Source of the DNA: an uncultured Mycoplasmatota bacterium
GTDB taxonomy: Bacteria; Bacillota_I; Bacilli_A; RF39; UBA660
Assembly: GCA_937944975.1 (NCBI GenBank)
Contig: CALEBF010000012.1
Coordinates: forward strand, 17,748-81,747
Length of the DNA stretch: 64,000 nt
Direction of reading: 5' to 3'
Of the stretch, positions 29,095-39,024 are shown piece after piece; position 1 is the stretch's first letter; every line of letters starts with the position of its first letter. The notes beneath the pieces were generated by a model. That model was not told the origin of the DNA, did no database searches, and worked only from the letters and a program-made list of their open reading frames with translations. A program made the translations under genes and the position numbers.

Positions 29095-31410
29095 ATGAAA
29101 GCAAAAGAAAAAATAAAAAAGAAAGAAAAAAAGTCGATTGTAAAACCATTGCTCGGGGTGTTGGTCGTTGCAATCGTGGTTGGGTGTGCGATGATTCCAC
29201 TGATGCAAAACTTGAATTTCGGCCTTGATTTACAAGGAGGATTTGAAGTTTTATATAAAGTGGAGAGCATCGATGGAAAAAAAGTAACGTCAGATATGAT
29301 GAAAAGTACGTATAAGACGATCGAAAAGAGAATCGATGTGTTAGGTGTAACAGAACCTAGTATCGTCGTAGAGGGAGACGATCGCATCCGTGTACAATTA
29401 GCGGGGGTGACAGATCCAGAAGAAGCTCGTAATTTGATTAGCCAAGCTGCCAATTTGACTTTCCGCGATACGAGCGATAATTTGATCATGTCAAGTGACG
29501 TATTAAAAAGTGGTGGAGCAAAAGTATCTCAAGATTCCTACGGAAAACCAGCAGTTGCTCTGTCGGTTGCGGATAATTCTAAATTTTATAGGGCAACCAA
29601 AAAAGTAAGTGAAATGTCGGATAATCGATTAGTCATCTGGCTAGATTTTGATCCAGAGACTGATTCATTTCAAACAGAACGAGCAAAATGCGGGTCCCTT
29701 TCTGATTCAAAATGTCTTTCTGTTGCGACGGTTTCGCAAGGTTTTTCAAGCGATGTTATCATCCAAGGAAGCAAAGATAAACCATTTACAGAACAAGAGG
29801 TCAATAGTCTAGTGGAATTGATCAATTCAGGAAGTTTACCGACAAAGTTGACGGAAGTTTCATCTAAGACGGTCGTCGCTTCTTTCGGAGCTGATTCTTT
29901 GTCTAAAACATTTGTCGCTGGTGTTGTAGGAGTTGCAGGGATTATTTTACTGATGTGTGCGGTTTATCGTTTTTCTGGTTTTATCGCAAGTATTGGGTTG
30001 TTATTCTATACGGCCATTACCTTCTTAGTATTCTGGTTGATCGGTGGGGTACTTACTTTACCTGGAATCGCAGCACTCGTGATCGGAATCGGTATGGCAG
30101 TCGATGCGACAGTTATTAGTTTTTCTCGTATCAAAGATGAGTTGTATAATGGTACGAAATTAAACATGGCTTTTAAACTAGGAAATAAAAACTCATTTAT
30201 GACGATTTTTGATTCCAATATCACGACGTTGATTTCGGCAGTTATTTTATTTATCTTTGGAGAAAGTAGTGTCAAAGGATTTGCAACGATGTTAATCATC
30301 AGTACGATTGTAACGATGGTAGTCATGGTATTTATCACGAGATATCTTGTCGGTCTTTTTGTAAAAACAGGTTACTTTAACGATAAATTGCGTGCTTTTA
30401 TCGGAATTCGTACAGAAGAAATTCCAAAGATTGAGAAAAAGGAAAAACGTGTACATGAAGATTGGAAAAATGTCGATTTCGTAGGTAAGAGAAAATGGTT
30501 CTTCTTAGCTTCAAGTTTGATGATTGTGATCGGAATGATATCTCTTGGAGTAAATGGATTACATCTTGGAATCGACTTTAAAGGTGGATCTTCGATTACA
30601 GTACAAAGTAGTCAAAAATTGACTGAGAAAGCACTCACCAAAGATATCGAGTCATTAGGATATGAAGTGATCGAGACAGATCAAATTGACGATGAAACAT
30701 ATTCTATTAAGATAGAAGATTCTTTAAGTCGTAAACAAGTGTTGGAGACAGAAGATTATTTTGAAGAAAAATACGAAGCTACGACAGATATTGGAGTGGT
30801 TTCTAATATCGTAAAGCAAGAGCTTGTAAAAAATGCAGTAATTTCTGTTATCTTGGCAAGTATTGCGATTGTAATCTACGTATCCCTTAGATTTACGTTT
30901 AAGTTTGCAATTGCAGCGATTATCGCATTATTCCATGATGTCTTCATGATTTTTACAGTATTTAGTTTATTCCAAATCCAAGTATCTAGTATCTTTATTG
31001 CAGCGGTTCTTTCTATTATTGGATATTCGATCAACGATACGATCGTAACTTTCGACCGTATTCGCGAAAATATTCATGCGAAATTTAAAAATAAATTAAA
31101 GACGAAAGAAGATTTGAATGAAGTTGTTAATATTAGTTTAAGAGAAACTTTGAATCGTAGTTTGATAACGACATTTACAACGTTGATTCCAGTATTTAGT
31201 TTAATTTTACTTGGATCACACGAAATCATTACATTTAATTTAGCACTTTTTGTAGGATTCGTAGTAGGAGTATACTCATCTATTTTTATCGCTAGTCAAT
31301 TATGGATCGAATTTTCAAAACGAAATATAGGAAAAGCAAATCAAAAGAGATGGTATGAAGAAGAGAGTGACGAGGTAGAAGAGCTTACCGTAAAAGGAAT
31401 TAACGCATAA
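29095..31410 (+). CDS. secDF: protein translocase subunit SecDF (fused)
   Basis: 771 aa with two periplasmic-loop plus six-TM modules. Confidence 0.85.
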   Translation: MKAKEKIKKKEKKSIVKPLLGVLVVAIVVGCAMIPLMQNLNFGLDLQGGFEVLYKVESIDGKKVTSDMMKSTYKTIEKRIDVLGVTEPSIVVEGDDRIRVQLAGVTDPEEARNLISQAANLTFRDTSDNLIMSSDVLKSGGAKVSQDSYGKPAVALSVADNSKFYRATKKVSEMSDNRLVIWLDFDPETDSFQTERAKCGSLSDSKCLSVATVSQGFSSDVIIQGSKDKPFTEQEVNSLVELINSGSLPTKLTEVSSKTVVASFGADSLSKTFVAGVVGVAGIILLMCAVYRFSGFIASIGLLFYTAITFLVFWLIGGVLTLPGIAALVIGIGMAVDATVISFSRIKDELYNGTKLNMAFKLGNKNSFMTIFDSNITTLISAVILFIFGESSVKGFATMLIISTIVTMVVMVFITRYLVGLFVKTGYFNDKLRAFIGIRTEEIPKIEKKEKRVHEDWKNVDFVGKRKWFFLASSLMIVIGMISLGVNGLHLGIDFKGGSSITVQSSQKLTEKALTKDIESLGYEVIETDQIDDETYSIKIEDSLSRKQVLETEDYFEEKYEATTDIGVVSNIVKQELVKNAVISVILASIAIVIYVSLRFTFKFAIAAIIALFHDVFMIFTVFSLFQIQVSSIFIAAVLSIIGYSINDTIVTFDRIRENIHAKFKNKLKTKEDLNEVVNISLRETLNRSLITTFTTLIPVFSLILLGSHEIITFNLALFVGFVVGVYSSIFIASQLWIEFSKRNIGKANQKRWYEEESDEVEELTVKGINA

Positions 31411-31430
31411 ACGAATAGAGGGTGTTATAA

Positions 31431-33599
31431 ATGACGAAAAAAGATTCTAACGTAACATATGAGAAGTTAGAACAAGAGTGTAAAAAATATATGAAAGAGG
31501 AAGATATCGCGCTCATAAAAAAAGCCTATGAGTTTGCGAAAGAGTGTCATATGGGAGAACTACGCTTAACAGGAGAGGATTACATCGAACATCCTCTCTC
31601 TGTTGCTTATATTCTCTCGCATATGAATGCGGACTGTGCGACGATTTGTGCAGGGCTTATGCACGACTTGTTAGAGGAAAATGATGATGCTTTACCTTAT
31701 TTGAAAGAAACGTTTGGAGAAGATATCGTTTCGATCATCGAAGGAGTTACCGTGATCAATCGTTTGAACTTTGAAGGAGATACACAGTCTTTGATTGCGA
31801 ATCATAGAAAGATTTTGGTTGGGCTTTCGGAAGATGTGCGTGTCATCTTTGTAAAAATGGCAGATCGCCTTCACAACATGAGAACTCTTTGGGCACTTCC
31901 TGAGAAGTCGCAAAAAGAAAAAGCAAAAGAGACGCTCGATATCTTGACACCGATTGCGCACCGCTTAGGTATGAACCACATTAAAAGCGAGTTAGAAGAT
32001 TTATCTCTTCGCTATTTAAAACCGGACGTATATTTCTCTATCGTCGAACAGTTAAATCAGACGAAATCAGAGCGTGATCAATACGTTACTGATATGATAG
32101 AGAGTATCCATAAAATGTTGGAGGAAGCAAACATTCCACATAAGATCAAGGGAAGAGCAAAAAGTATCTATAGCATCTATAAAAAACTCGATAAAGGAAA
32201 GAAGTTTAGCGACATCTATGATTTACTTGCCCTACGTGTATTTGTAGATACCGAAGCTGAGTGTTATCAAGTACTAGGAATTATTCACTCGAAATTTAAG
32301 CCGAAGCCAAAACGTTTTAAAGACTATATTGCCATGCCGAAGACCAATATGTATCAATCTCTACATACGACAGTATTTGGGGTAGATGAACAACTATTCG
32401 AAATTCAGATTCGTACTTACGAGATGGATATGGTGGCTGAAAACGGTATCGCATCTCACTGGTCTTATAAAGAAAAAGGAAGCAGCACGAAGGCAAGCTT
32501 GCAAAATGCGATGGAACAAAAGTTGCAATTTTTCCGTTCTCTTATGGAATTGAAGCAAGAGGGGGCAAGCGAAGAAGAAATTGCAAACTCTGTTGCAGAT
32601 GAAGTTTTAAAAGAAAATGTATATGTATTTACTCCACAGGGAGATGTGATTGAATTATCGAAAGGAAGCACGCCAATTGATTTTGCTTACCGTGTTCACA
32701 GTAAAGTTGGAGATCAGATGGTAGGAGCCATCGTCAATAATAATATCGTTCCTTTGGATTACGAATTAAAAGATAACGATATCGTTAAAATCAATACGAG
32801 TAAAAACTCCCCTGGACCTAGTAAAGAATGGTTAAATATCGCACATACAGCCCAAGCGAAAAATAAAATTCGTGCATTTTTCCATCGCATCGATAAAGAA
32901 GATTACTTGAAACGTGGAGAAGAAGCGATCAATAAAGAGTTACGAAAAAGAAAGATTGCTTTTAATGATTTCTTTACTGATGCAAACGAACAAAAAATAT
33001 TAAAAGAATTGAAATATGATACATTAAATGAAGTTTATATTAACGTAGGGAATGGGAAATTGCCTGTTGGAACTCTGTTAAACATTATTTTTAATGAGAC
33101 AGAGACCAAAGAAGAGCTCATTTTAAAAAGGACGCAAAACAATAAAGTGTACGTACCAGCGATTAAAAACGATATCGTCGTCGATGGAATCGATGAGATT
33201 AAAGTAAATATCGCAAGTTGTTGTAAACCGATTCCAGGAGATCCAATTGCTGGATATATAACGAAAGGAAATGGAATTACAGTTCATCGTATGAGTTGCC
33301 CGAACATTCATGATTTGCAAGAGAGAATGATTTCTGTTCATTGGAACGAAGAGATTCAAAAGAAATATCCAACAACTGTCTTAGTACATGCAATAGAAGA
33401 AAAGAATGTGCTTTTAGATATTATTTCTAAGACGAGTAATACGAATGTTACTGTTCAAGGAATACAGACACTTCATACAAACGATGGATTTTTATATAAA
33501 ATTACAGTCATTCTTTCTAATAAAGAACAATTAGATAAATTTATGAATGATGTAAGAAGTATTTCTGAAGTCCGCGATGTAGAAAGATGGATGCAATAA
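31431..33599 (+). CDS. relA: bifunctional (p)ppGpp synthetase/hydrolase Rel
   Basis: HD hydrolase domain, synthetase domain, and TGS/ACT C-terminal domains. 722 aa. Confidence 0.9.
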   Translation: MTKKDSNVTYEKLEQECKKYMKEEDIALIKKAYEFAKECHMGELRLTGEDYIEHPLSVAYILSHMNADCATICAGLMHDLLEENDDALPYLKETFGEDIVSIIEGVTVINRLNFEGDTQSLIANHRKILVGLSEDVRVIFVKMADRLHNMRTLWALPEKSQKEKAKETLDILTPIAHRLGMNHIKSELEDLSLRYLKPDVYFSIVEQLNQTKSERDQYVTDMIESIHKMLEEANIPHKIKGRAKSIYSIYKKLDKGKKFSDIYDLLALRVFVDTEAECYQVLGIIHSKFKPKPKRFKDYIAMPKTNMYQSLHTTVFGVDEQLFEIQIRTYEMDMVAENGIASHWSYKEKGSSTKASLQNAMEQKLQFFRSLMELKQEGASEEEIANSVADEVLKENVYVFTPQGDVIELSKGSTPIDFAYRVHSKVGDQMVGAIVNNNIVPLDYELKDNDIVKINTSKNSPGPSKEWLNIAHTAQAKNKIRAFFHRIDKEDYLKRGEEAINKELRKRKIAFNDFFTDANEQKILKELKYDTLNEVYINVGNGKLPVGTLLNIIFNETETKEELILKRTQNNKVYVPAIKNDIVVDGIDEIKVNIASCCKPIPGDPIAGYITKGNGITVHRMSCPNIHDLQERMISVHWNEEIQKKYPTTVLVHAIEEKNVLLDIISKTSNTNVTVQGIQTLHTNDGFLYKITVILSNKEQLDKFMNDVRSISEVRDVERWMQ

Positions 33600-34057
33600 T
33601 GAGAACGATTATACAGAGAAGTTTACAATCTAATGTCAAGGTAGATGGCAAAATTATTGGAGAAATTGAAAAAGGACTTGTAATTCTCGTGGGATTTACA
33701 TATGATGATACTATAGAGGATATTAAAAAAATGGTCGATAAAATCGTTCATCTTCGTATTTTTGACGATGAAAACGGAGTTATGAATCGTTCTTTATTAG
33801 ATGTTGGTGGAGAAGTTTTGAGTGTTTCACAATTTACTTTATATGCCGATACGAAAAAAGGACGAAGACCTAGCTATATGAAAGCTTTGAGAGGAGAAGA
33901 GGCGATTCATCTATATGATCAGTTTAATTTATTGTTAAAAGATCATAATATAGATGTAAGCACTGGTATATTTGGTGCGGATATGAAAGTCTCTATTACG
34001 AATGATGGACCAATTACGATAGCGTTAGAAAGTGAGGAGTGGCATGTTAAAAAATAG
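33599..34057 (+). CDS. dtd: D-aminoacyl-tRNA deacylase
   Basis: MRTIIQRS..V...G.IEKGLVILVGF and C-terminal SNDGPIT. rel-dtd linkage is conserved. ATG overlaps the rel stop (TAATG). Confidence 0.85.
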   Translation: MRTIIQRSLQSNVKVDGKIIGEIEKGLVILVGFTYDDTIEDIKKMVDKIVHLRIFDDENGVMNRSLLDVGGEVLSVSQFTLYADTKKGRRPSYMKALRGEEAIHLYDQFNLLLKDHNIDVSTGIFGADMKVSITNDGPITIALESEEWHVKK

Positions 34058-35162
34058 GATTGACTATAAATTAGTAAATATCGCACTGATTGCCGGTATC
34101 ATCTATCTTTTATATCATACCGGTAAGTTATGGATGGGAGTAACAGATAAAATTATTGCAATTACATTGCCATTTTTCTTTTCTTTTATCATTGCCTATG
34201 CTTTTCATCCAGCAGTCAAGTATCTGGAGAAAAAAAGCTTTCCAAAATCAATTGCAATCTTTGCAGTCGTTGCCATTATCGTAAGTTTATTTGCGATTAC
34301 GGCGGTTTTAATTGCGCCGTTATTATTCGATCAACTATCTAGTTTATTCAATAGCATCATTTCATTCTTAAAAGAGATGTCTATCAATTACGATTGGAAT
34401 GTCGGGCCATTACAAGATTCGTTATCTAAAACATTTAAAGAAATTATCGTGAATTTAGGAAAATATGTATCTGATGGAGCCTTATCTGTAATCGGGGTTT
34501 CTCTATCTGTCATATCTGCGATCGTCATTTCATTTTCCGCATTCATTTATTTCTTGATTGACATGGATCGAATTCGTGAAGGGGTTAGAAAATTCTTAAA
34601 GAAAACTTCAACACGTGCATTTCGTTATGTTCAAACCCTAGATCATGAAATGCACAATTATTTAACAGGATTTGTTAAAATCATCTTTATCTCTTTAATC
34701 GAATATACATTAGCATTCTATATCATAGGACATCCAAATGCATTATTATTAGGTTTTCTAGCGGCAGTTGCCACATTGATTCCTTATTTCGGAGGAATTG
34801 TCGTTAACTGCATCGCTGTGATTACTGCGTTTGTCTCAGGTCCAATTTTATTCATCAAAACGATTATTGCTTTTCTAGTGCTATCTAGTTTGGATGGATA
34901 TTTGATCAATCCACTTGTCTATGGTAAGACGAATGAGGTCCATCCAATCGTCGTTATTATGTCTGTCTTTGCAGGAGGAATTCTATTTGGAGTTACGGGA
35001 ATTATACTTTCATTACCATGCGCGATTTTACTTATCGCGACATATAAATTTTTCCGTGAAGATATCGTAGATAAATATGAAGAGATCAAAGAAAACAAAG
35101 ACGAAAAAGAAAAAACGATTCGAAAAAAACAAAAGCATAAAAAAAGTTCTAGCACAGTCTAG
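34044..35162 (+). CDS. AI-2E family transporter (YtvI/TqsA-like)
   Basis: 8-TM architecture with the conserved central pattern of PF01594. Confidence 0.55.
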   Translation: MLKNRIDYKLVNIALIAGIIYLLYHTGKLWMGVTDKIIAITLPFFFSFIIAYAFHPAVKYLEKKSFPKSIAIFAVVAIIVSLFAITAVLIAPLLFDQLSSLFNSIISFLKEMSINYDWNVGPLQDSLSKTFKEIIVNLGKYVSDGALSVIGVSLSVISAIVISFSAFIYFLIDMDRIREGVRKFLKKTSTRAFRYVQTLDHEMHNYLTGFVKIIFISLIEYTLAFYIIGHPNALLLGFLAAVATLIPYFGGIVVNCIAVITAFVSGPILFIKTIIAFLVLSSLDGYLINPLVYGKTNEVHPIVVIMSVFAGGILFGVTGIILSLPCAILLIATYKFFREDIVDKYEEIKENKDEKEKTIRKKQKHKKSSSTV

Positions 35163-35270
35163 AATTTTTTAAATTTATAAAAGAAAGAATTATAGAAAAA
35201 CATCGACTCCTTTCTTGACAAAAAAGAAAGGAACTAGGTATAATAGTAACAGAATGATAGCGAGGGGTAC

Positions 35271-36003
35271 TATGTCTAAATGGAAATATTTCATTGTTTT
35301 GCTGTTTTGTTTGGCAATTTTTCCAGATGTTGTATCTGCAGAGTCTTGTGATTATAATGTGTTATCCAGATTAAAAAATTATGCTAGTAATATAAAATAT
35401 GACTATAGTTATACCGAGCAAAATAATCAAGTTGTATTTACTGCGCGTTTTACAAATATTTCTGATAATGTCATTTTAACAGATAAGACAACGGGACAAA
35501 CTTATACAAATGTCGGAGAAATTACAATAGGAAACTTACAGCCTGGGAAGAGTTATGAATTTACTGTGATTCCTTCAAACAAAGGTTTAACAAGCGTGAT
35601 TAGACGTCAAAATATCTGGGGACAATGGGTGGAATATGAAGTTCCAACAGATGTAAACGAAAGTTGTAGAAACACAGAGTTAAAGAAGATTTATATTACA
35701 CTTCCATCGTACAACCCTTATTATAAATTACCTGTATGTGAAGGTGCAGAAGAATACGATATGTGTTTTAAATGGCAAAAGCACGAATTATCGGAAGAAC
35801 AATTTATAGAAGATGTAACAGAATATAAAGAGAAACATGCTGTACAAGAAGATGACGACAAAGAAAAAAAAGAAACATCATTGATAGAACAAATTATTAA
35901 GTTATTGCGAGACTATTATTATGTTCCAATTACGATCGCAATTATTATCGTAATTGCAGCAGTTTATATAAAGAAGAAACGAGAAGCAGAGGAAGGCTGG
36001 TAG
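35271..36003 (+). CDS. secreted Cys-rich protein with C-terminal TM anchor, unknown function
   Basis: TTGACA (35212) and TATAAT (35236) lie inside the track ORF. The real start is the ATG at 35271 after GAGGGG. Signal peptide, then eight Cys, then a TM anchor. Confidence 0.5.
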
Positions 36004-36004
36004 T

Positions 36005-38179
36005 ATGAAAAAGATATTTTACGGAATATTAGTCATTGGTATTGTTGGAATTATGGGATATGCTACACTACAAAATGCTGAGGAAGTTGAGGCAAAACCT
36101 ATTCCTCAAGATGAGTTATGTAAACAACCTGGTTATTTTGAAGATAGTTTTAGTTACAAAGAAAATGAATATTGTTCAACTACTTGTGTAGCAAAAGGAT
36201 ATACTGATTTTCCAACTGATATTACAACGGTAAATGTCGATCAAACAGTAAATGCCGGAGGACAATTTCAATGGGAAGAGATTCGAATCAATACGGAATT
36301 TGAATGTACGACAAACATCGATTATTCAAAGTGGTATAACGATTATAATCGCTTGATTGAAACTGCTAAACAAGCCTTGAGAAATATCGCTAGGGAAGCG
36401 CATCAATATCACACAAGAGATGTTATTGGACCTTGTAATATTCGAATTTATAATGGAACATATACAACTTATTCGAATACGAATTCATACGCTAGTGAAT
36501 GTTATAACTATGCCAATAGTACTAATGAATACATTAATTCAATTAGTAAAGTAAATGAATATGCTCCAAATGCTAATTGGAAGAGTGAAGCAACACGACA
36601 ACATATTTCTTTTGACGCACAATATTTTGAGCAAGGAACTAGAGATTGTTATTCATTGGGAGCAACTGGTGATCAGGGTAAGGCGTGTAAACCTGGATAC
36701 AGACCTGATGGTGCGAGCTTATGTTGTAAAGTTAATTCTTGGTATGAGTACAAATGTTATACAGAAAATTATAGTGTATCTAAGGGTGAACTAATTAAAT
36801 ATGAGAAAGTTCAATGTGGAGATACGGCAGATACATGTCATGTTGTAGATACTAAATATTATTGTAGTCAATCTATGCCTGTTTGGGATGTTAATTACGA
36901 TAACTATTGGGTAGATGTATTTAACGATGCAATGAGAAAATTAAAATCAATGGGATCCAATGGATTACCAGGAAAGTTAAAAGCTTGCAATGAATCAAGT
37001 GAGAAGAGAATTCAAAAAATTGCAAAGGATCCACGCACGATTGTACATTATGTAGATCCAACTGACAATTATCATGACGCGGAGAATTTACAGTTAGAAA
37101 CTGTGGTAGAACAGCCACTCACTATGACGACAACTCAAAAAACACCTGCTGCTAATCCAAACATACCGGTGTTGAATACAATTGCTGATGGGGTGTCTAA
37201 CAATGGGAACAGTAGTTTTAGTTTTACTGCATTGGGAAAAACTGCAGGTGTTAGATTATATACACAAACGACCTCAGCTGCTTATTCTCAATATGCCAAT
37301 ACTCAAGTTAAGAAAAAGGCAACTGCAAAATATAAATACGAGTTACCGGATGGATTTTATCAATATACGTTAAAACCTGATGGAAATATCGTTCATAAAC
37401 CGGGATCTACAGGAGCAAGTATGGCAAATCAAGGATCTATTAGCTCTTATGTGGATAGTGGGCGTTATATCGATTTAGGATACTCTAGCTATCCAGTACA
37501 TTATCAGACTCCAACGGGAATTTATCCGATTTCCTTAACTTATAATATTCCAGGAGTTATCGATGGAGATCGTTTGTACGAATGTATGTATCGTGTTAAA
37601 AATCGAATTGCTTGTCCAGAAGGTGAATGCCCTGATCCTGGAGAAGAAACGCCACCTGGAGATGGAGGAAATGATAATCCGACATGTCCAGATGGAGTGT
37701 GTGATGACGACGATCTATATTCTGGGCTCAATGTTGTGTATCGTTCAATAGCGTTATCTGCTCCGTTCCACTATAGAAATGGTAGGGTAAGAGAATCAGG
37801 TGAAAACTGGACTGATCAAGACATAAGCGAATTTATTTTAAACAACCGCGGAGTTTCAGATGATGATGTATATAATAAACAACCAATTTATGAATTTACT
37901 TTGACTCCTGCAGCGATTGCTGATATTCGAAAGTATAATAGTACGCATGAATTTTCTGATTTTAGAACGATGACGTGCTATGGAAAAGATGAGGAAGGAA
38001 AATCGATTGGTACAAAATGTAAGAGTCAATTTATCGACGACATGAAAGGTGTTTTAAATGCATCTGGATCTTGTATTACAAATCGTAGTGCTGCCGGCTT
38101 CTATAGTTGTGCTGGAAAGAAGTCAAATCAGGATCAAATTGATGTCGCGAAGATGTTAAATAAGAATGGAAGTTTATAA
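36005..38179 (+). CDS. large secreted Cys-rich protein (724 aa), unknown function
   Basis: Signal peptide/TM, many paired Cys, and a CPEGECPDPGEETPPGDGGNDNPTCPDGVCDDDD linker. Translationally coupled to the upstream gene. Confidence 0.5.
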   Translation: MKKIFYGILVIGIVGIMGYATLQNAEEVEAKPIPQDELCKQPGYFEDSFSYKENEYCSTTCVAKGYTDFPTDITTVNVDQTVNAGGQFQWEEIRINTEFECTTNIDYSKWYNDYNRLIETAKQALRNIAREAHQYHTRDVIGPCNIRIYNGTYTTYSNTNSYASECYNYANSTNEYINSISKVNEYAPNANWKSEATRQHISFDAQYFEQGTRDCYSLGATGDQGKACKPGYRPDGASLCCKVNSWYEYKCYTENYSVSKGELIKYEKVQCGDTADTCHVVDTKYYCSQSMPVWDVNYDNYWVDVFNDAMRKLKSMGSNGLPGKLKACNESSEKRIQKIAKDPRTIVHYVDPTDNYHDAENLQLETVVEQPLTMTTTQKTPAANPNIPVLNTIADGVSNNGNSSFSFTALGKTAGVRLYTQTTSAAYSQYANTQVKKKATAKYKYELPDGFYQYTLKPDGNIVHKPGSTGASMANQGSISSYVDSGRYIDLGYSSYPVHYQTPTGIYPISLTYNIPGVIDGDRLYECMYRVKNRIACPEGECPDPGEETPPGDGGNDNPTCPDGVCDDDDLYSGLNVVYRSIALSAPFHYRNGRVRESGENWTDQDISEFILNNRGVSDDDVYNKQPIYEFTLTPAAIADIRKYNSTHEFSDFRTMTCYGKDEEGKSIGTKCKSQFIDDMKGVLNASGSCITNRSAAGFYSCAGKKSNQDQIDVAKMLNKNGSL

Positions 38180-38197
38180 TTTCCATTCTTTTTTTCA
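38164..38197 (+). terminator. rho-independent terminator
   Basis: GAATGGAA-9 nt-TTCCATTC followed by T8. Confidence 0.7.
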
Positions 38198-38214
38198 TTA
38201 CTTTTAACAAAAAT

Positions 38215-38242
38215 TTGACAAAATCAAACTTTTGTATATAAT
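38215..38242 (+). promoter_or_regulatory. sigma-A-type promoter (TTGACA, 16 nt, TGtTATAAT)
   Basis: Near-consensus -35 and extended -10 upstream of the lipoprotein gene. Confidence 0.6.
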
Positions 38243-38270
38243 AGGAGTCATCAGGGAGGAGAATGATACA

Positions 38271-38879
38271 ATGGCTTTGAGTAAAACACAAAGCAAAAAG
38301 GCTTTATATAAGAAAGCTTTAGCTGCATTACTTGCAGGAACAATGGGAATGGGAATTGCTGGATGTAGCAATTCAAACGAAGGAACACAACCAGATTCAA
38401 AAGAACAAACGTCAGAGGTAAATGAAGATCCGAAAAGTGAGAAATTTGAACTTCCAACAGAAACGATGAGTGTTGAGGAAACACAGGCTTTGGAAGTTGG
38501 AACAGAGATTATGTTGACAGATTTAAGTAAAATGCCAAACGAAGCAACTTTAGAAGAAATGAATCGTTCTACAGCGTATTTATTAGATTTAAGTTTTAAG
38601 GATCAGAACGGAAAAGATATTGAGGGTGGAGTTATTATGAGTGGAACTTTACCTGATGGAATTTTAGATACAGGGTATATAGATGAACCATTAGAAGATG
38701 GCACAACAAGAAGAACAAAACTAGTTGGGATAACTATCGCACAAGTAGATTCATTTACTCAAGATGAAAATGGACAATGGATCAAAATGCTTACAGATGG
38801 TGAATATTTGTATGAAGGAACTCCTGTTGTTTCAGAAAAATTGTTACAACAATTTGGTGGACCTCAAAAAACTAAATAG
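38271..38879 (+). CDS. lipoprotein, paralogue family member A
   Basis: ATG at 38271 after GGAGG. Lipobox GIAGC. Shares the motif ..EET..L.....I....L.KMPNE.TLEE......Y.......NG with the 41619 and 42330 products. Confidence 0.5.
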   Translation: MALSKTQSKKALYKKALAALLAGTMGMGIAGCSNSNEGTQPDSKEQTSEVNEDPKSEKFELPTETMSVEETQALEVGTEIMLTDLSKMPNEATLEEMNRSTAYLLDLSFKDQNGKDIEGGVIMSGTLPDGILDTGYIDEPLEDGTTRRTKLVGITIAQVDSFTQDENGQWIKMLTDGEYLYEGTPVVSEKLLQQFGGPQKTK

Positions 38880-38895
38880 GGAAACTATTCACATT

Positions 38896-38934
38896 AAAAA
38901 TTGCTTTTAATATATAAAAGCAATTTTTTGTTTT
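38896..38934 (+). terminator. rho-independent terminator
   Basis: AAAATTGCTTTTA-5 nt-TAAAAGCAATTTT followed by a T-run. Confidence 0.65.
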
Positions 38935-39024
38935 AATAACATAGTTATTGATGATGAGGATATCAATTGACATTCTTTTTTTTATTCCGTATAATGAGCT
39001 TAGTATATAGTAAAGAGGGGTAAG

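Noticed and set aside
35215-35270. 5' extensions of track ORFs (35215, 38232, 41580, 52400, 50149, 43141, 149)
   Set aside because: Each extension contains the gene's own -35/-10 promoter and/or RBS, or starts at a non-ATG codon. An internal ATG with a good Shine-Dalgarno, and a signal peptide where expected, gives the credible start.
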